DNA of 64,000 bases from an uncultured Methanoregulaceae archaeon (GCA_963701095.1 OY969564.1:64001-128000); one strand, 5' to 3'. Counted from the first letter of the stretch, positions 12,251 through 23,193 are shown. Notes: generated by a model not told the origin, from the letters alone. Numbers and translations: made by a program.

Positions 12251-13015
12251 ATGTTCAAAATTGTATTGCTGCGTCACGGTGAGAGTGCCTGGAACCGCGA
12301 GAACCGGTTTACCGGATGGACTGATGTTGACCTGTCTGAAAAAGGAAAGGAAGAAGCTCGCCGGGCAGCAACCCTTCTTACAGATGCCGGCTTTTCTTTT
12401 GACATTACCTATACCTCAATGCTCCGGCGGGCGATCCGGACCCTGTGGATCGTCCTTGACGAGATGGACCTGATGTATCTTCCGGTATACCATTCATGGC
12501 GGTTGAATGAACGGCATTATGGTTCCCTGCAGGGGCTCGACAAAGAGGAGATGACAGAAAAGTACGGGGAAGAACAGGTCCGTGCGTGGCGCCGGGGATA
12601 TGCTATCCGCCCTCCGGCTCTCAAAGAAAATGATCCCCGGCACCCGCGGTTCGATCCCCGGTATGCATGTCTTAAGAAAAAAGAACTTCCCTCGACAGAA
12701 TCGCTCGAAGATACCCTGGACCGGGCAGTACCGTACTGGAAAAACGTTATCGTGCCATCTGTAACGGACGGGAAGCGGGTTCTTGTATCAGCCCATGGTA
12801 ACAGCATCCGCGCTCTCGTCAAACATCTCGACGGCGTACCGGATGATGAGATCACCGATCTCAATATTCCGACCGGTTTTCCCCTGGTCTATGAGCTTGA
12901 TGATTTCCTGCAACCGGTCCGGCACTACTACCTGGGGGATAAAGAAGAGATCCGTCGCGCTACTGAATCGGTAGCAAACCAAGGTGCGGCGACCGGAAAA
13001 GATCCCATCCCTTGA
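12251..13015 (+). CDS. gpmA: 2,3-bisphosphoglycerate-dependent phosphoglycerate mutase
   Basis: LLRHGES, LNERHYG, AHGNSIR motifs. Confidence 0.95.
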   Translation: MFKIVLLRHGESAWNRENRFTGWTDVDLSEKGKEEARRAATLLTDAGFSFDITYTSMLRRAIRTLWIVLDEMDLMYLPVYHSWRLNERHYGSLQGLDKEEMTEKYGEEQVRAWRRGYAIRPPALKENDPRHPRFDPRYACLKKKELPSTESLEDTLDRAVPYWKNVIVPSVTDGKRVLVSAHGNSIRALVKHLDGVPDDEITDLNIPTGFPLVYELDDFLQPVRHYYLGDKEEIRRATESVANQGAATGKDPIP

Positions 13016-13027
13016 AAGGAATTTCAC

Positions 13028-14398
13028 ATGACTGGCATTTTCAAGGCATACGATGTTAGGGGTGTGTACCCTGGTGAACTGGACGAAACTACCGCTGAAA
13101 AGATCGGTGTGGCATTTGCAAATCTTATGAATTCAGGTTCAATCGCGGTCGGAAGAGACTGCAGACCCTCTTCTCCGGCCATTGCATCTGCATTTATCCG
13201 GGGATATATTAGGGGGGGAGGTCGCGTAACCGACTTCGGCCTGGCCAGCTCTCCTCTCTTGTACTATGCAATTATTTCAGGAAATTTTGATGGCGGGGCA
13301 ATGGTCACTGCATCCCATCTTCCCCCGGAGATAAACGGCATTAAACTCTGTCGGGAGCAGGCAATTCCCCTGTCCGGTGACAAAGGGCTTCCTGCACTCG
13401 AGCATTTGGTGGCGACAGACCCCGGGAAAGGACAGACACCTGATAGGCCGGCTCCCGGTTTGTATACACGAGGGGATATGACGGGTTCCTACATCGATAT
13501 GGTTGCCGGATTTATTCATGCCCGACGACCACTTACTCTTGCAATCGATGCAGGTGATGGTATGGCAGGACCGGAGATCCAGCGGCTCTTTGCAAAAATT
13601 CCTACACTTACAACGGTAGCCGTTAATCTTGAACCGGATGGCCGGTTCCCCCACCATGGGGCAAATCCGTTCCTCTTGTCAGCTACAAACGAACTGCAGG
13701 AACTTGTACGAGAATCAGGTGCGGATTTCGGCGCTGCGTTTGACGGTGATGCAGACCGGTGTATCTTTATCGATGAAAAGGGGGCACGGGTGCCCGCAGA
13801 TCTGGTCACGGCCCTTATCGCACAGCATTACCTCCTCCAGGAACCAGGTGCGACGGTCCTCTACGACCTGCGTTCGAGCCGCGTAGTGGCGGAAACTGTT
13901 TCACACGCCGGCGGAAGAGGGTTACGTTGCCGGGTCGGTCATGCATTTATCAAAGAACAGATGCGCCAGGAAAACGCCCTGTTTGCCGGTGAGCTCTCAG
14001 GCCATTATTACTTCAGGGACACCGGGTTCTGCGATAATGGCATCATTGCCATGGTCCAGATGATCAACCTCCTTTCGGAAAAAGATCTACCCCTTTCACA
14101 GTTGGTTGCTCCCCTGAAAAAATACTCATCGACCGGTGAGATCAATATACAGGTAAACAGACTTGATTTAATCATGGGGGCTCTCAGGTCCGCTTTTCCA
14201 GATGCTCAAACAAACACACTTGACGGTCTGACGATGGAATATCCTGCATGGTGGTTTAATATTCGATCATCCCATACTGAACCGCTCATCCGGCTTAACC
14301 TTGAAGCCGATACAAAAGCATGCATGAATAAATATACAAGCGAAGTCCTGCAGGTCATCAGGGATGCAGATCCGTCAATCCAGATCGAAAAAGAATAG
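13028..14398 (+). CDS. Phosphomannomutase/phosphoglucomutase
   Basis: FKAYDVRG, TASH, FDGDADR, GELSGH motifs. Confidence 0.92.
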   Translation: MTGIFKAYDVRGVYPGELDETTAEKIGVAFANLMNSGSIAVGRDCRPSSPAIASAFIRGYIRGGGRVTDFGLASSPLLYYAIISGNFDGGAMVTASHLPPEINGIKLCREQAIPLSGDKGLPALEHLVATDPGKGQTPDRPAPGLYTRGDMTGSYIDMVAGFIHARRPLTLAIDAGDGMAGPEIQRLFAKIPTLTTVAVNLEPDGRFPHHGANPFLLSATNELQELVRESGADFGAAFDGDADRCIFIDEKGARVPADLVTALIAQHYLLQEPGATVLYDLRSSRVVAETVSHAGGRGLRCRVGHAFIKEQMRQENALFAGELSGHYYFRDTGFCDNGIIAMVQMINLLSEKDLPLSQLVAPLKKYSSTGEINIQVNRLDLIMGALRSAFPDAQTNTLDGLTMEYPAWWFNIRSSHTEPLIRLNLEADTKACMNKYTSEVLQVIRDADPSIQIEKE

Positions 14399-14437
14399 AA
14401 ATAAAACTCCAAGATCTTTTCAGGAAACGCTCATTTT

Positions 14438-15622
14438 TTACCGGTTAAGTAAAACATCGACTCCGGGAAGAGTTTTTCCCGAAAGGAACCGCAGGAAAGC
14501 GCCTCCCCCAGTGGAGACATGCGTCATCTTTCCTGCAATCCCGAGCTGTGTTACCGCTTCAGCGGTAGATCCTCCGCCGACTACGGTCGTTCCCGAAAGC
14601 CCGGCAAGTGCCTGTGCTACGGCTTTCGTCCCATTAGAGAATTGTGGAATTTCAAATATACCCATCGGACCGTTCCATGCGACGGTCTGGCATTGATGGA
14701 TTTCTTGTGTAAATTCCGCAATAGTCAGAGGTCCAATATCAGCAATGATGTAATCCGGTGGAATCTGGTCCGATGGGACGATGAGGGAAGGTGATCCCGG
14801 CTCAGGTTTTTTGGTGACAACGAAATCTTCCGGTAATAATATTCGGACTCCCCGGGAGGTCGCATCACGCAGGATCGTTTCAACAACCTTCATTTTGTTG
14901 GTCTCAACTGGGGAATTACCGACAGGATTCCCATGGATCTTCAGAAAGGTTGCAACCGCTCCTCCACCTACAAGAACAAGATCTACTTTTGGTATGATAT
15001 TTTCCAAAATCCCGATCTTCTCTTCGACTTTTGCCCCGCCAAGAATAACCGCAAAAGGCCGGTCCGGATGTTCGAGGAGACTACTTAGCTGTTCGATCTC
15101 TTTTTCCATAAGAAGGCCGGCGACGCAGGGTAAGAATTTGGAAATGCCCGCAACCGAGGCGTGGGAACGGTGACTGGCGCCAAAAGCATCATTCACATAG
15201 AGATCTGCGAGCCGGGAGAGATCCTGGGAAAAACCGAAATTATTTTCCTCTTCGCCCGGGTAGAACCTCAGGTTTTCCAGGAGAACCACATCTCCATCTT
15301 TCAAACCAGCCACGGTTTTTTCGACGCTGGGCCCGATTGCTTCCCGCAGCGATACAACCGGTTTTTCCAGAAGTTCGGACAATCTGCGGGCAACCGGCGC
15401 TAATCGCAGACGCTCATCTATAATCCCATGCGGCCTGCCAAGATGGGAACAGAGTATGACTTTGGCGGAATGATTAATAAGGAAGGTAATAGTCGGCAGG
15501 CAGGCTCTGATGCGGCTGTCATCTTCTATAGTACCGTCAGGACCAAGCGGGACGTTGAAATCTACCCTGACCAGTACCCGTTTTCCACTGACATCAACAT
15601 CCTTCACGGTTTTCTTCTGCAT
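14438..15622 (-). CDS. pgk: Phosphoglycerate kinase
   Basis: RVDFNVPL, SHLGRP, LENLRF, WNGPMG, HVSTGGGA motifs. Confidence 0.95.
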   Translation of the reverse strand: MQKKTVKDVDVSGKRVLVRVDFNVPLGPDGTIEDDSRIRACLPTITFLINHSAKVILCSHLGRPHGIIDERLRLAPVARRLSELLEKPVVSLREAIGPSVEKTVAGLKDGDVVLLENLRFYPGEEENNFGFSQDLSRLADLYVNDAFGASHRSHASVAGISKFLPCVAGLLMEKEIEQLSSLLEHPDRPFAVILGGAKVEEKIGILENIIPKVDLVLVGGGAVATFLKIHGNPVGNSPVETNKMKVVETILRDATSRGVRILLPEDFVVTKKPEPGSPSLIVPSDQIPPDYIIADIGPLTIAEFTQEIHQCQTVAWNGPMGIFEIPQFSNGTKAVAQALAGLSGTTVVGGGSTAEAVTQLGIAGKMTHVSTGGGAFLRFLSGKTLPGVDVLLNR

Positions 15623-15803
15623 CCTTTCATCACCCTTCGCACTGACAGATATCGGTTTCTATAGCACACGGTTACCCGGTACTCGAATATAAATGCTGCA
15701 GGCACTTCTCTTTTCGTGAAACATCGCCAAGACCTGTGCATTTTTCATGAAATGCGTATCGAAACCTTTTCTTTGCTGGAGGGATCATAACCTGTGACAG
15801 ACC

Positions 15804-16883
15804 ATGCCCGTCATGATGATTCGCGGTGGTGATCTCGATCTCGTAGAATACGAGTTCCGGACATTCCTTCCCGGCGAGGTCACAAAAACGCTCGGCCTTG
15901 AAAAAAATAAGTACCGTCTGCACCCAAAAAAAGGTAAAGTCGTTGTAAAAGCACCGGCCCGCATACACCTCTCTGTTCTTGATATGAACCGGTTTGCTCC
16001 TGACCATGCCGGAGGCGGGGGGATCGGGTTTGCCATCCAGTGCTACTGTACAGCCGAAGTTGAATGCACCCGCCAAGGTCTTTTGATCGATTACAGCCGG
16101 TCTGCTATTATTGAAAACTTTGTGGCAGTCTTTAACAAAGCCGTCGGCTATACCGGCGGTTTCAAGATAAAAGCTACAGATCATGAACGTAAACATGTCG
16201 GTCTGGGATCAACCAGCACCGTTATGATTGCGGTAGCGACTGCGTTAAACGAGGCGGTCGGTGCCCCGCTTTCCAACGCAGAGTTACGCCAGCTCATCGG
16301 CCATAACTATGTCGAAGAGACCGCTGATGGCACTATAGCATTTGGTTTCGAGACAGGCGTTGGCCCTGCAGCAAGTACTAACGGCGGTATGGCGGTGATG
16401 GGTGACGAACTGGTTCTGGTGTACCATCACTCATTTGCAGAAGGAAAGAATGTCTTTATTGTGGTACCACCCACGGACATTTCCTCTGCCGGCACAAAAG
16501 AGTTCGACCTCCTCATGAACCGGGCACGGACCCTCGACTACCGGGACCGGGAACTCAAAGCGTATTTCCTCATGATGGATTTTATTCCGGCACTTGAACA
16601 CAACGATTTGAAAAAGATCGGGGATATTGTCTGGGAGATTGAATTCCGAGGATCGAAACGGGCAGAAATCGAGCACCATAGTTACCGGATCTACCAGTAT
16701 ATGAGTATGCTCCGTGAAGCCGGCCTCGAGTTCGTTGGCATGAGTTCTGTGGGCCCGTCAATTGCAATCGTAACAGATAAAACCCGCCGGGAAATCCAGA
16801 AGATCCTTTCGCCGCTTGATCTTACGATTGCAATTGCAACAAAAGTCGATAATAACGGTATGACCCTAACTTTCGGGAAATAG
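15804..16883 (+). CDS. GHMP-kinase superfamily protein, beta-RFAP synthase-like
   Basis: PARIHL, HVGLGS and GMSSVGP motifs. Confidence 0.75.
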   Translation: MPVMMIRGGDLDLVEYEFRTFLPGEVTKTLGLEKNKYRLHPKKGKVVVKAPARIHLSVLDMNRFAPDHAGGGGIGFAIQCYCTAEVECTRQGLLIDYSRSAIIENFVAVFNKAVGYTGGFKIKATDHERKHVGLGSTSTVMIAVATALNEAVGAPLSNAELRQLIGHNYVEETADGTIAFGFETGVGPAASTNGGMAVMGDELVLVYHHSFAEGKNVFIVVPPTDISSAGTKEFDLLMNRARTLDYRDRELKAYFLMMDFIPALEHNDLKKIGDIVWEIEFRGSKRAEIEHHSYRIYQYMSMLREAGLEFVGMSSVGPSIAIVTDKTRREIQKILSPLDLTIAIATKVDNNGMTLTFGK

Positions 16884-16946
16884 CCCTATCTTGGTACAGG
16901 ATACATTTCTTTTTTTTCGGATTTCTGAAGGTTAATCCGGATAAAG

Positions 16947-17603
16947 TTACTTCTCCTGCTTTTTCTTCTTCAGGTATGAATTAACGAGCCCTCCAAGCAG
17001 GAGGAGGATCGTTCCCGCGGTTACTACGAACACAAAAAGGAGAAGCAGGTTCATGTTCTCCCGGACAACCGGCAGTTTCCCCAGGTAATACCCGGCAAGT
17101 ACAACCGTAAGGGTCCAGGAGATTGCCCCGAGCACGTTATAAAAGAGGAACCGGTGGTACTCCATGGTCCCGACACCTGCAAGAAACGGTGCGAATGACC
17201 GGACCACCGGTACGAACCGGGCGACGAAGATGGTTGTACCTCCATACTTCTCGAAAAAGGCATACGTATCGTCAATATACTCTTTTTTTACGAAGTTCGG
17301 GAACCGTTCCAGAAAAACATGGAGACCGATAAAGTTACCAATCCAGTAATTTACCGTATCCCCACATATTGCACCCAAAACAAAGGCAAGGATAAGGAGA
17401 TTAATGTTTAAGATGCCGCTTGCGGCAACTGCCCCGGAAACAAACAGCAGGGAATCCCCGGGTAAAAATGGCGTAATAACAAAACCGGTCTCAAAAAAAA
17501 TGATACCAAAAAGTAAAAGGTACGTCCACAAGCCATAACTGTGTACCACTGCAGCCAGATGCTGGTCGAGATGGAAAATAAGGCCGGCAATGGAGGCAAT
17601 CAT
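16947..17603 (-). CDS. DedA/VTT family membrane protein
   Basis: PFLPGDSLLF and ARFVPVVR motifs. Confidence 0.9.
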   Translation of the reverse strand: MIASIAGLIFHLDQHLAAVVHSYGLWTYLLLFGIIFFETGFVITPFLPGDSLLFVSGAVAASGILNINLLILAFVLGAICGDTVNYWIGNFIGLHVFLERFPNFVKKEYIDDTYAFFEKYGGTTIFVARFVPVVRSFAPFLAGVGTMEYHRFLFYNVLGAISWTLTVVLAGYYLGKLPVVRENMNLLLLFVFVVTAGTILLLLGGLVNSYLKKKKQEK

Positions 17604-17700
17604 GAATGGTACAAATATAAGTTAAACTGCCTATATCAACCTGAGGCATCGACCGTCTTCTGAAACGATCCCGTATAATAAAAAGAAGGGCGAACCTAAT

Positions 17701-18588
17701 ATGGTAAAAACAAATCAGATATGCATTATGAGCGTCAGGATCCAGCAAGCCCGATTCCTGTTGCCGGCAATAATGTGCGGCTTTCTCTGCCTCGCATTTC
17801 TGGTTGTCGCCCCGGCAGCGGCATTTACTGCAGATTCCCTCAATATTACGGTTGGGACAAACGGTGACGCTACTGCCGTCTTCCAGTTTACCCTTGATGG
17901 CGTTATCGAAAATGCAATCCCCCAATCCATTCTTGAGAATCAGCTGGTTCAGGGACTTGCCACCGGCGCTAGTCAGACGCAGATTATCTCTTTTAATAAC
18001 TCAGAGGCGACTCTCCTTTTAAAAAATTTTGCAACAACAAACGATGTACCTACCGGTACAGAGTACCAGACTGCGTCCATGAATTTTACAAAAGCCCAGA
18101 TCGCTTTACAAAATTCTGCCGTGAGTACAGTCATATCCGCAGATTTTTCACCTGAAATCACAACAGTTACGTTCCCGGACGGGTATTCCCGCCAGTTTTT
18201 CTCGTCATCAGTCCTGCCAAGCCTGGATCATATCGTTGTCAATCCTGGACAAAGCGGGACCTCAGCAGGCACTCCGGCTTATGGATCCCTCGAAGTAAAT
18301 ACCACTCCTGAACATACTCATGTATATATCGATTCGATTTATGTCGGTGACAGTCCGGGTATGTTTCCTGAAATTACTCCGGGCAATCATCTGGTTTCCC
18401 TGCAGGCTGACGGTTTTATTCCTCTCAATACAACGGTAAACGTAAAAGCCGGGAATATAACGCAGCTTTTTGGAGACTTGGACTTTGCCACTACACCGAC
18501 AAAAAAGTCAGTTGCGCCGGATGCCGGCATGATAATTGCAATGCTGTCTTTTGCCTTTTGCGGTATGTCCTTCCTGTACAGGAAATAA
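17701..18588 (+). CDS. PEGA-domain surface protein
   Basis: Signal peptide, GSLEVNTTP..VYID PEGA domain, C-terminal TM. Confidence 0.75.
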   Translation: MVKTNQICIMSVRIQQARFLLPAIMCGFLCLAFLVVAPAAAFTADSLNITVGTNGDATAVFQFTLDGVIENAIPQSILENQLVQGLATGASQTQIISFNNSEATLLLKNFATTNDVPTGTEYQTASMNFTKAQIALQNSAVSTVISADFSPEITTVTFPDGYSRQFFSSSVLPSLDHIVVNPGQSGTSAGTPAYGSLEVNTTPEHTHVYIDSIYVGDSPGMFPEITPGNHLVSLQADGFIPLNTTVNVKAGNITQLFGDLDFATTPTKKSVAPDAGMIIAMLSFAFCGMSFLYRK

Positions 18589-18710
18589 CCTCCGCAATTT
18601 TTAGAAAAACATCTTCAGATATGAAATTTCCAAGCGAACCCGGAGATTGCATCCCTGTCTATAAATCTTGAATAAAACCGCGAAACTGGATCTAAAAAAA
18701 GGAGGGATAT

Positions 18711-19208
18711 TTATCGCCGTGACCGGATCGCAAAGATCCCGACGATGACAAAAGCGCCAAATACTGCAAACGGCAGGCTGCCTGAAGTGGTCGGTGCCGG
18801 AGAAGCGGCAGCGGTGGTTGCTTCAGATGCAGGTACTGTTGGCTGGGTTGCCGGAATAAGCGTTACCGGAATATCTATGGTTTCCTGATTTCCCGGTACC
18901 TGGGTAATGTTTGCAGTATACAGTGCATAGCCGGGTGCCTGAACAGAGATTGTGCGGTATGGCGTACCGGTGCTGTATACGCTGACAGCCAGCGTGCCGT
19001 TCGTAATGACACCTTTATAATCCGAATCAAAGCTGACGTTTGCGCCATTAACGTTGGCCTGAACAAGATACGTGCCCATACTGCCACCGATGAGTTGCGG
19101 GGCTGTTGTAGCCGTTGTGGTAACGGTCAGGTTTACTGAGGGGACTGCTGCTAGAACGCATCCGATCATAGCAATACAGACAAACAGGACAAGAATTAGT
19201 TTCTTCAT
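18711..19208 (-). CDS. Secreted PEGA-like protein with C-terminal anchor
   Basis: MKK signal peptide, Thr-rich linker, TM followed by RSRR. Confidence 0.7.
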   Translation of the reverse strand: MKKLILVLFVCIAMIGCVLAAVPSVNLTVTTTATTAPQLIGGSMGTYLVQANVNGANVSFDSDYKGVITNGTLAVSVYSTGTPYRTISVQAPGYALYTANITQVPGNQETIDIPVTLIPATQPTVPASEATTAAASPAPTTSGSLPFAVFGAFVIVGIFAIRSRR

Positions 19209-19301
19209 ACAATCACTTCCACGTGACAAGAAAAGAAGGTTGTCAAGCCATTTAATAATTCCTTTGCATTCTGACGTGATTTAACGATATGAACGGTAAT
19301 T

Positions 19302-19934
19302 TCAGATTTTTTTGGTAAATGAGGCTGATATCTCGGCTCGGTGAAGTAATTGTCCGCGGACTTTCATTGTCCAGTACCGGGTCTGCAATTCACGTGGAAC
19401 CAACAGATGAAATAAGGCGCTGACTTCATCTTCCGAAAAATAATGAGTCCCTATGCCGTTTTTTCGCGAAAATGTCTGCAATTCAATCTCAACACCGATA
19501 CCAGCGCGGAAATCATATGTAGAAAAATCGGAAAAATACAGGGTTCCTCCGGGCCTGAGCACCCGTGCCGCTTCTCGTGCACAGCGGTTACGGCCTTCTG
19601 CTAAAATGTGGCCTATAACGTGGAAAGCAGTAACGGCATCGAAAGAAGCATCATAAAAAGGCAGGTTGCAGACATCGGCAATAGCAAAGTGACCCTTGGC
19701 ATTTTTGGGCATATGGGATCGGCACAGGTGAACTGCAGAAGAAGAGAAATCGATACCGACAACCTGGCACTTTTTTTCCAGCAGCGCATTACAGGTTTTT
19801 CCGTTGCCGCACCCCAGTTCAAGGACACGTTTTCCGTCATCCAGAGGTATGTGCTGGTACATTGCGCCGGCCCAGATACGACCCCGGCGTGCATAATCGT
19901 TTTCCCAGTTATCTGGGCTGTGATATCCAGTCAT
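19302..19934 (-). CDS. Class I SAM-dependent methyltransferase
   Basis: VLELGCGNG and LRPGG motifs. Confidence 0.9.
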   Translation of the reverse strand: MTGYHSPDNWENDYARRGRIWAGAMYQHIPLDDGKRVLELGCGNGKTCNALLEKKCQVVGIDFSSSAVHLCRSHMPKNAKGHFAIADVCNLPFYDASFDAVTAFHVIGHILAEGRNRCAREAARVLRPGGTLYFSDFSTYDFRAGIGVEIELQTFSRKNGIGTHYFSEDEVSALFHLLVPRELQTRYWTMKVRGQLLHRAEISASFTKKI

Positions 19935-19971
19935 TGTTGTATACGTATGTCCGGTACGGTGCCTCAGAATT

Positions 19972-19991
19972 AGGCACTAAAAAAAGTGCCT
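19972..19991 (-). terminator. Possible terminator hairpin after the metal transport operon
   Basis: AGGCACT-A6-AGTGCCT, perfect 7-bp stem 12 bp past the stop codon. Confidence 0.35.
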
Positions 19992-20003
19992 GTTCCAATC
20001 TCT

Positions 20004-21284
20004 TTATTCGAGGAAATGGTGGGTAAGGTTCATAACATCCCGGTACGGGATAACACCGACAAGGTGGTTGTCGTTATCAGTAACCGGGATAGCCCGGAAC
20101 CCGTACCGCTCGAATTCCTGTGAGGCATCCTTGAGTGTACTATCGGCATTTAAGGAGATCACATTCTCTGACATGATCGATGAGAGTGGCGCTTTGTCGT
20201 CAGCAGTCAGCAGTTCCTTGAGATCAACGACGCCAAGAAGATGGTCGGCCCCGTCCGTTACGTAGATGTACATGATGACATCTTTTCCCCTGGCATGGTT
20301 CGGGTAATCGTTCTGCACGTACTCAACCAGAGTGTCTGGAAGGAATTTCAGGATTTTCTGTGTGGCGTAGTGGATTACCGTTTCTTCCTGTTTTTCCATG
20401 ATTGAACGCACTTTCTTTGCGCTGTCAGGATTCATGGCCTCAAGGATGTCCTCGGCAGTCGAATGAGGAATTGCCGAAAGGACGTCAGCTGCCTGGCCGG
20501 GCGTCATAGTATTGATCAGGGGCACAACTTTTGCGGTATCGAGCGATGCGATAATATCCCGCTGGACGTTCGGCTCAATCTCTTCTAAAGTATCAGATGC
20601 ATGTTCGTTATCCAGCGACGTAAAAACCGCAACACGCTGATCGTGATCGAGTTCCTCGAGAATATCAGCCATATCGACCGGATGAATTTCCGCGAGATTT
20701 TCCTTTAAAACGGTTAGTTTCACGTTACCCTTGAAACTGCCTATATTCGTCGGGAGTGGCTGGATGTAAGCCCAGGAGATCATCTGATCATCCTTGGCAT
20801 CTGCGGATACCACCTTTGAAAGAAGGCCCAGACCGAGTCTTCTCAAGCGTGCGGATTTTCCAGTATCCACATCTGTAACATAAATCTTTTTGTTTCTAAA
20901 TGTGAGCCGGATATCATACACGATTTCGACTTCGCTTTCTTCAAGGTCGAGAACTTTTTTATCCATCACATAATCCTTAAGGAGGATAGCATCTTCAGCA
21001 GGCTCTCCCTCAAACGGGGCAATGTCGGGGATATTGATCTCGACGCGGTGTTCAGCGAGCTCCACAACATTTTCCCATGGGATGATAAGACTGGGATTCC
21101 CAAATGATCGGGTGACATAAAGCGATTTTACTTCCGGTACTCGTGCGGTCTCCACAATAATGAGATCACTGAGCGTGCCGGTTTTTTTCCCCCTTAGCAT
21201 GACAGGTATGCCGAGAATCTGACTGAGGAAGATCTCCCGATCTGTGGTTTTTGCAACACCTGCGGGCACTTCATTTTGTGTCAT
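20004..21284 (-). CDS. PRC-barrel + MgtE-N + CBS protein (soluble Mg2+ transporter partner)
   Basis: HPVDMADILEEL MgtE-N motif, tandem CBS domains, no TM domain. Confidence 0.85.
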   Translation of the reverse strand: MTQNEVPAGVAKTTDREIFLSQILGIPVMLRGKKTGTLSDLIIVETARVPEVKSLYVTRSFGNPSLIIPWENVVELAEHRVEINIPDIAPFEGEPAEDAILLKDYVMDKKVLDLEESEVEIVYDIRLTFRNKKIYVTDVDTGKSARLRRLGLGLLSKVVSADAKDDQMISWAYIQPLPTNIGSFKGNVKLTVLKENLAEIHPVDMADILEELDHDQRVAVFTSLDNEHASDTLEEIEPNVQRDIIASLDTAKVVPLINTMTPGQAADVLSAIPHSTAEDILEAMNPDSAKKVRSIMEKQEETVIHYATQKILKFLPDTLVEYVQNDYPNHARGKDVIMYIYVTDGADHLLGVVDLKELLTADDKAPLSSIMSENVISLNADSTLKDASQEFERYGFRAIPVTDNDNHLVGVIPYRDVMNLTHHFLE

Positions 21285-21505
21285 GCCATGCTCCCTCCCG
21301 TAACAATAGTATAGAATTTGTAGGCAAGAAGTATTACTAAAAAGATCAGATAAATACGGAGCATGAGGAGGGCAAATTTAACGCCGGGAGACATGGTGAT
21401 CCGGGGGTGTTCATATTTCTTATTAATCGCTGATATTGCAGCCATCCCGTTTGAAAAGACCGCTTTCACCGGTTCTATTATACCGTTTTTTAAGGTAAAT
21501 GCCAT
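21281..21505 (-). CDS. Small membrane protein of the NRAMP/MgtE operon
   Basis: One TM helix; overlaps the start of the downstream gene. Confidence 0.7.
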   Translation of the reverse strand: MAFTLKNGIIEPVKAVFSNGMAAISAINKKYEHPRITMSPGVKFALLMLRIYLIFLVILLAYKFYTIVTGGSMA

Positions 21506-21520
21506 GATTACACCATCTCC

Positions 21521-22789
21521 TCACCCGAACAAATTCGGGAACAACGTACTTATGCCATACAGTGACGATACGACAATAATACAGGTGACAATCGATATAT
21601 TCGCTATATTATCAAAGAGTGTATTTTTGTATTTCCCCATGATTTCCTCGTTGTTGAGGAGAATGATCAAAAAGACCAGTGCAGCCGGTAATAGGGTTAC
21701 TGCCACGACCTGGACAAAGAGTGTAATTAACACCAGGGGTGCCCCTGGGATAAGGACAACGGCTCCGGCAGTAATGAGTCCTACAAAATAGAATACATAG
21801 AACCAGATGGCTTCTTTTACCTTATAGTTCAGGGAATGCGCCCACCCGAACACCTCGCCGAACGCCCATGAACTGGTGAGTGCAATACAGAGAGCTCCCA
21901 AGAATCCAGCATCAAACAGGCCGATGGCAAGGAACGTTCCCACCCAGGGATTCGTAGCCATCATAATCTGTGCTGCCTGCGCGGCACTTTGGATGTCCAT
22001 ACCCTTCAGAAGCGTCCCGGTCACGACAATAATAAAGACCGCAACGAGAACTGTAAATACCGCTCCAATAGCAGTATCGAATTTTCCCCAAGGAATGTCT
22101 TTTTCCTTCATCTGCTTATCAACAACAGCACTCTGCTGGAAGAAGATCATCCAGGGCGCGATGGTCGTCCCGATATTTGCCATCAGGAAAAAGAACAGCT
22201 CGCCATTAAAACCTCCCGGGAAATTGGGAATGACACCGTTACGGAAGATATCGGAAACCGAAGGATGGACAAGAATAGCTGCAGGTATGTAGATGAGGTT
22301 GACAAGGCAGAGTGCCATCGTGATCTTTTCCCATGTCCAGTACTTCCCGGAAAAAACTATTCCCATCATTACACAGATTACAATAATGACGGTGAGTAAG
22401 GGGGGGATACCGAATATAGAAAGTCCGGCTGTCATGCCGATAAATTCTGTCACCAGTGTAAGCCAGTTCACCAGACTTAAGTCTAGGAAAGAGAACCAGC
22501 CCCAGAATGAGCCGAAAGCGCTGAAAATTGCCTCTGCATGCCCATGCTTGGTAACAGCACCAAGCCGGACGGTCATCTCTTGGACAAAATACGCAACTGG
22601 TCCCAGAAGGATCAAAAACCAGATAAGATTATAACCAAATTTTGCCCCGGTAGCTGCATAAGTAGTGATACCCCCGGCATCATTGTCTGCAATCATTACG
22701 ATAAGACCGGGACCGGCCAGCAACAGGTATATCTGGATGGTCTTGATTATTCTCCGGTAATTAAAATAGAATTTTGCCAAAAAATCCAT
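21521..22789 (-). CDS. NRAMP-related divalent metal (probably Mg2+) transporter
   Basis: GPGLIVMIADNDAGG and GTTIAPW motifs. Confidence 0.88.
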   Translation of the reverse strand: MDFLAKFYFNYRRIIKTIQIYLLLAGPGLIVMIADNDAGGITTYAATGAKFGYNLIWFLILLGPVAYFVQEMTVRLGAVTKHGHAEAIFSAFGSFWGWFSFLDLSLVNWLTLVTEFIGMTAGLSIFGIPPLLTVIIVICVMMGIVFSGKYWTWEKITMALCLVNLIYIPAAILVHPSVSDIFRNGVIPNFPGGFNGELFFFLMANIGTTIAPWMIFFQQSAVVDKQMKEKDIPWGKFDTAIGAVFTVLVAVFIIVVTGTLLKGMDIQSAAQAAQIMMATNPWVGTFLAIGLFDAGFLGALCIALTSSWAFGEVFGWAHSLNYKVKEAIWFYVFYFVGLITAGAVVLIPGAPLVLITLFVQVVAVTLLPAALVFLIILLNNEEIMGKYKNTLFDNIANISIVTCIIVVSSLYGISTLFPNLFG

Positions 22790-22796
22790 TTTTCAC

Positions 22797-22895
22797 CTAC
22801 GAATCAATTTTGTCATTCAGTGCATTGTACTGATCATCCCCCCATTCGATCCGAATGGCAGTCGGAGAGCACGGGTAAGATACCCGTCTCCTCAT
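22797..22895 (-). promoter_or_regulatory. Structured leader / 32-aa uORF upstream of NRAMP gene
   Basis: Two perfect 7-bp hairpins (22842-22858, 22871-22887) and an ATG..TAG uORF whose stop overlaps the AGGTGA RBS. Confidence 0.45.
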
Positions 22896-23193
22896 GACAT
22901 AATCGTGGACGCCGGGCTCATATAATAATATCGCCTCAGTCGGCCTTTTTTTTGCTTTCTGGGTATTTCATGGTCATGAATTTTTATCATTGGCGCAATT
23001 CAGCCGTTTTTAATCGAATAAAATCCAAATCGGGCAGTTTAAAACAAAGACCATCCCGGAGAATATAATCTTTTTTTGGATCCGGCGCATGTTTATTGAA
23101 CCATAATAAGGTAAAACAAGTAAAGTAATACTGTATTAGCCAAAAAGACCCTTCTGGAGAAAAGACAGAGGGTTCTTTGTTGAGGTGCGCCAG

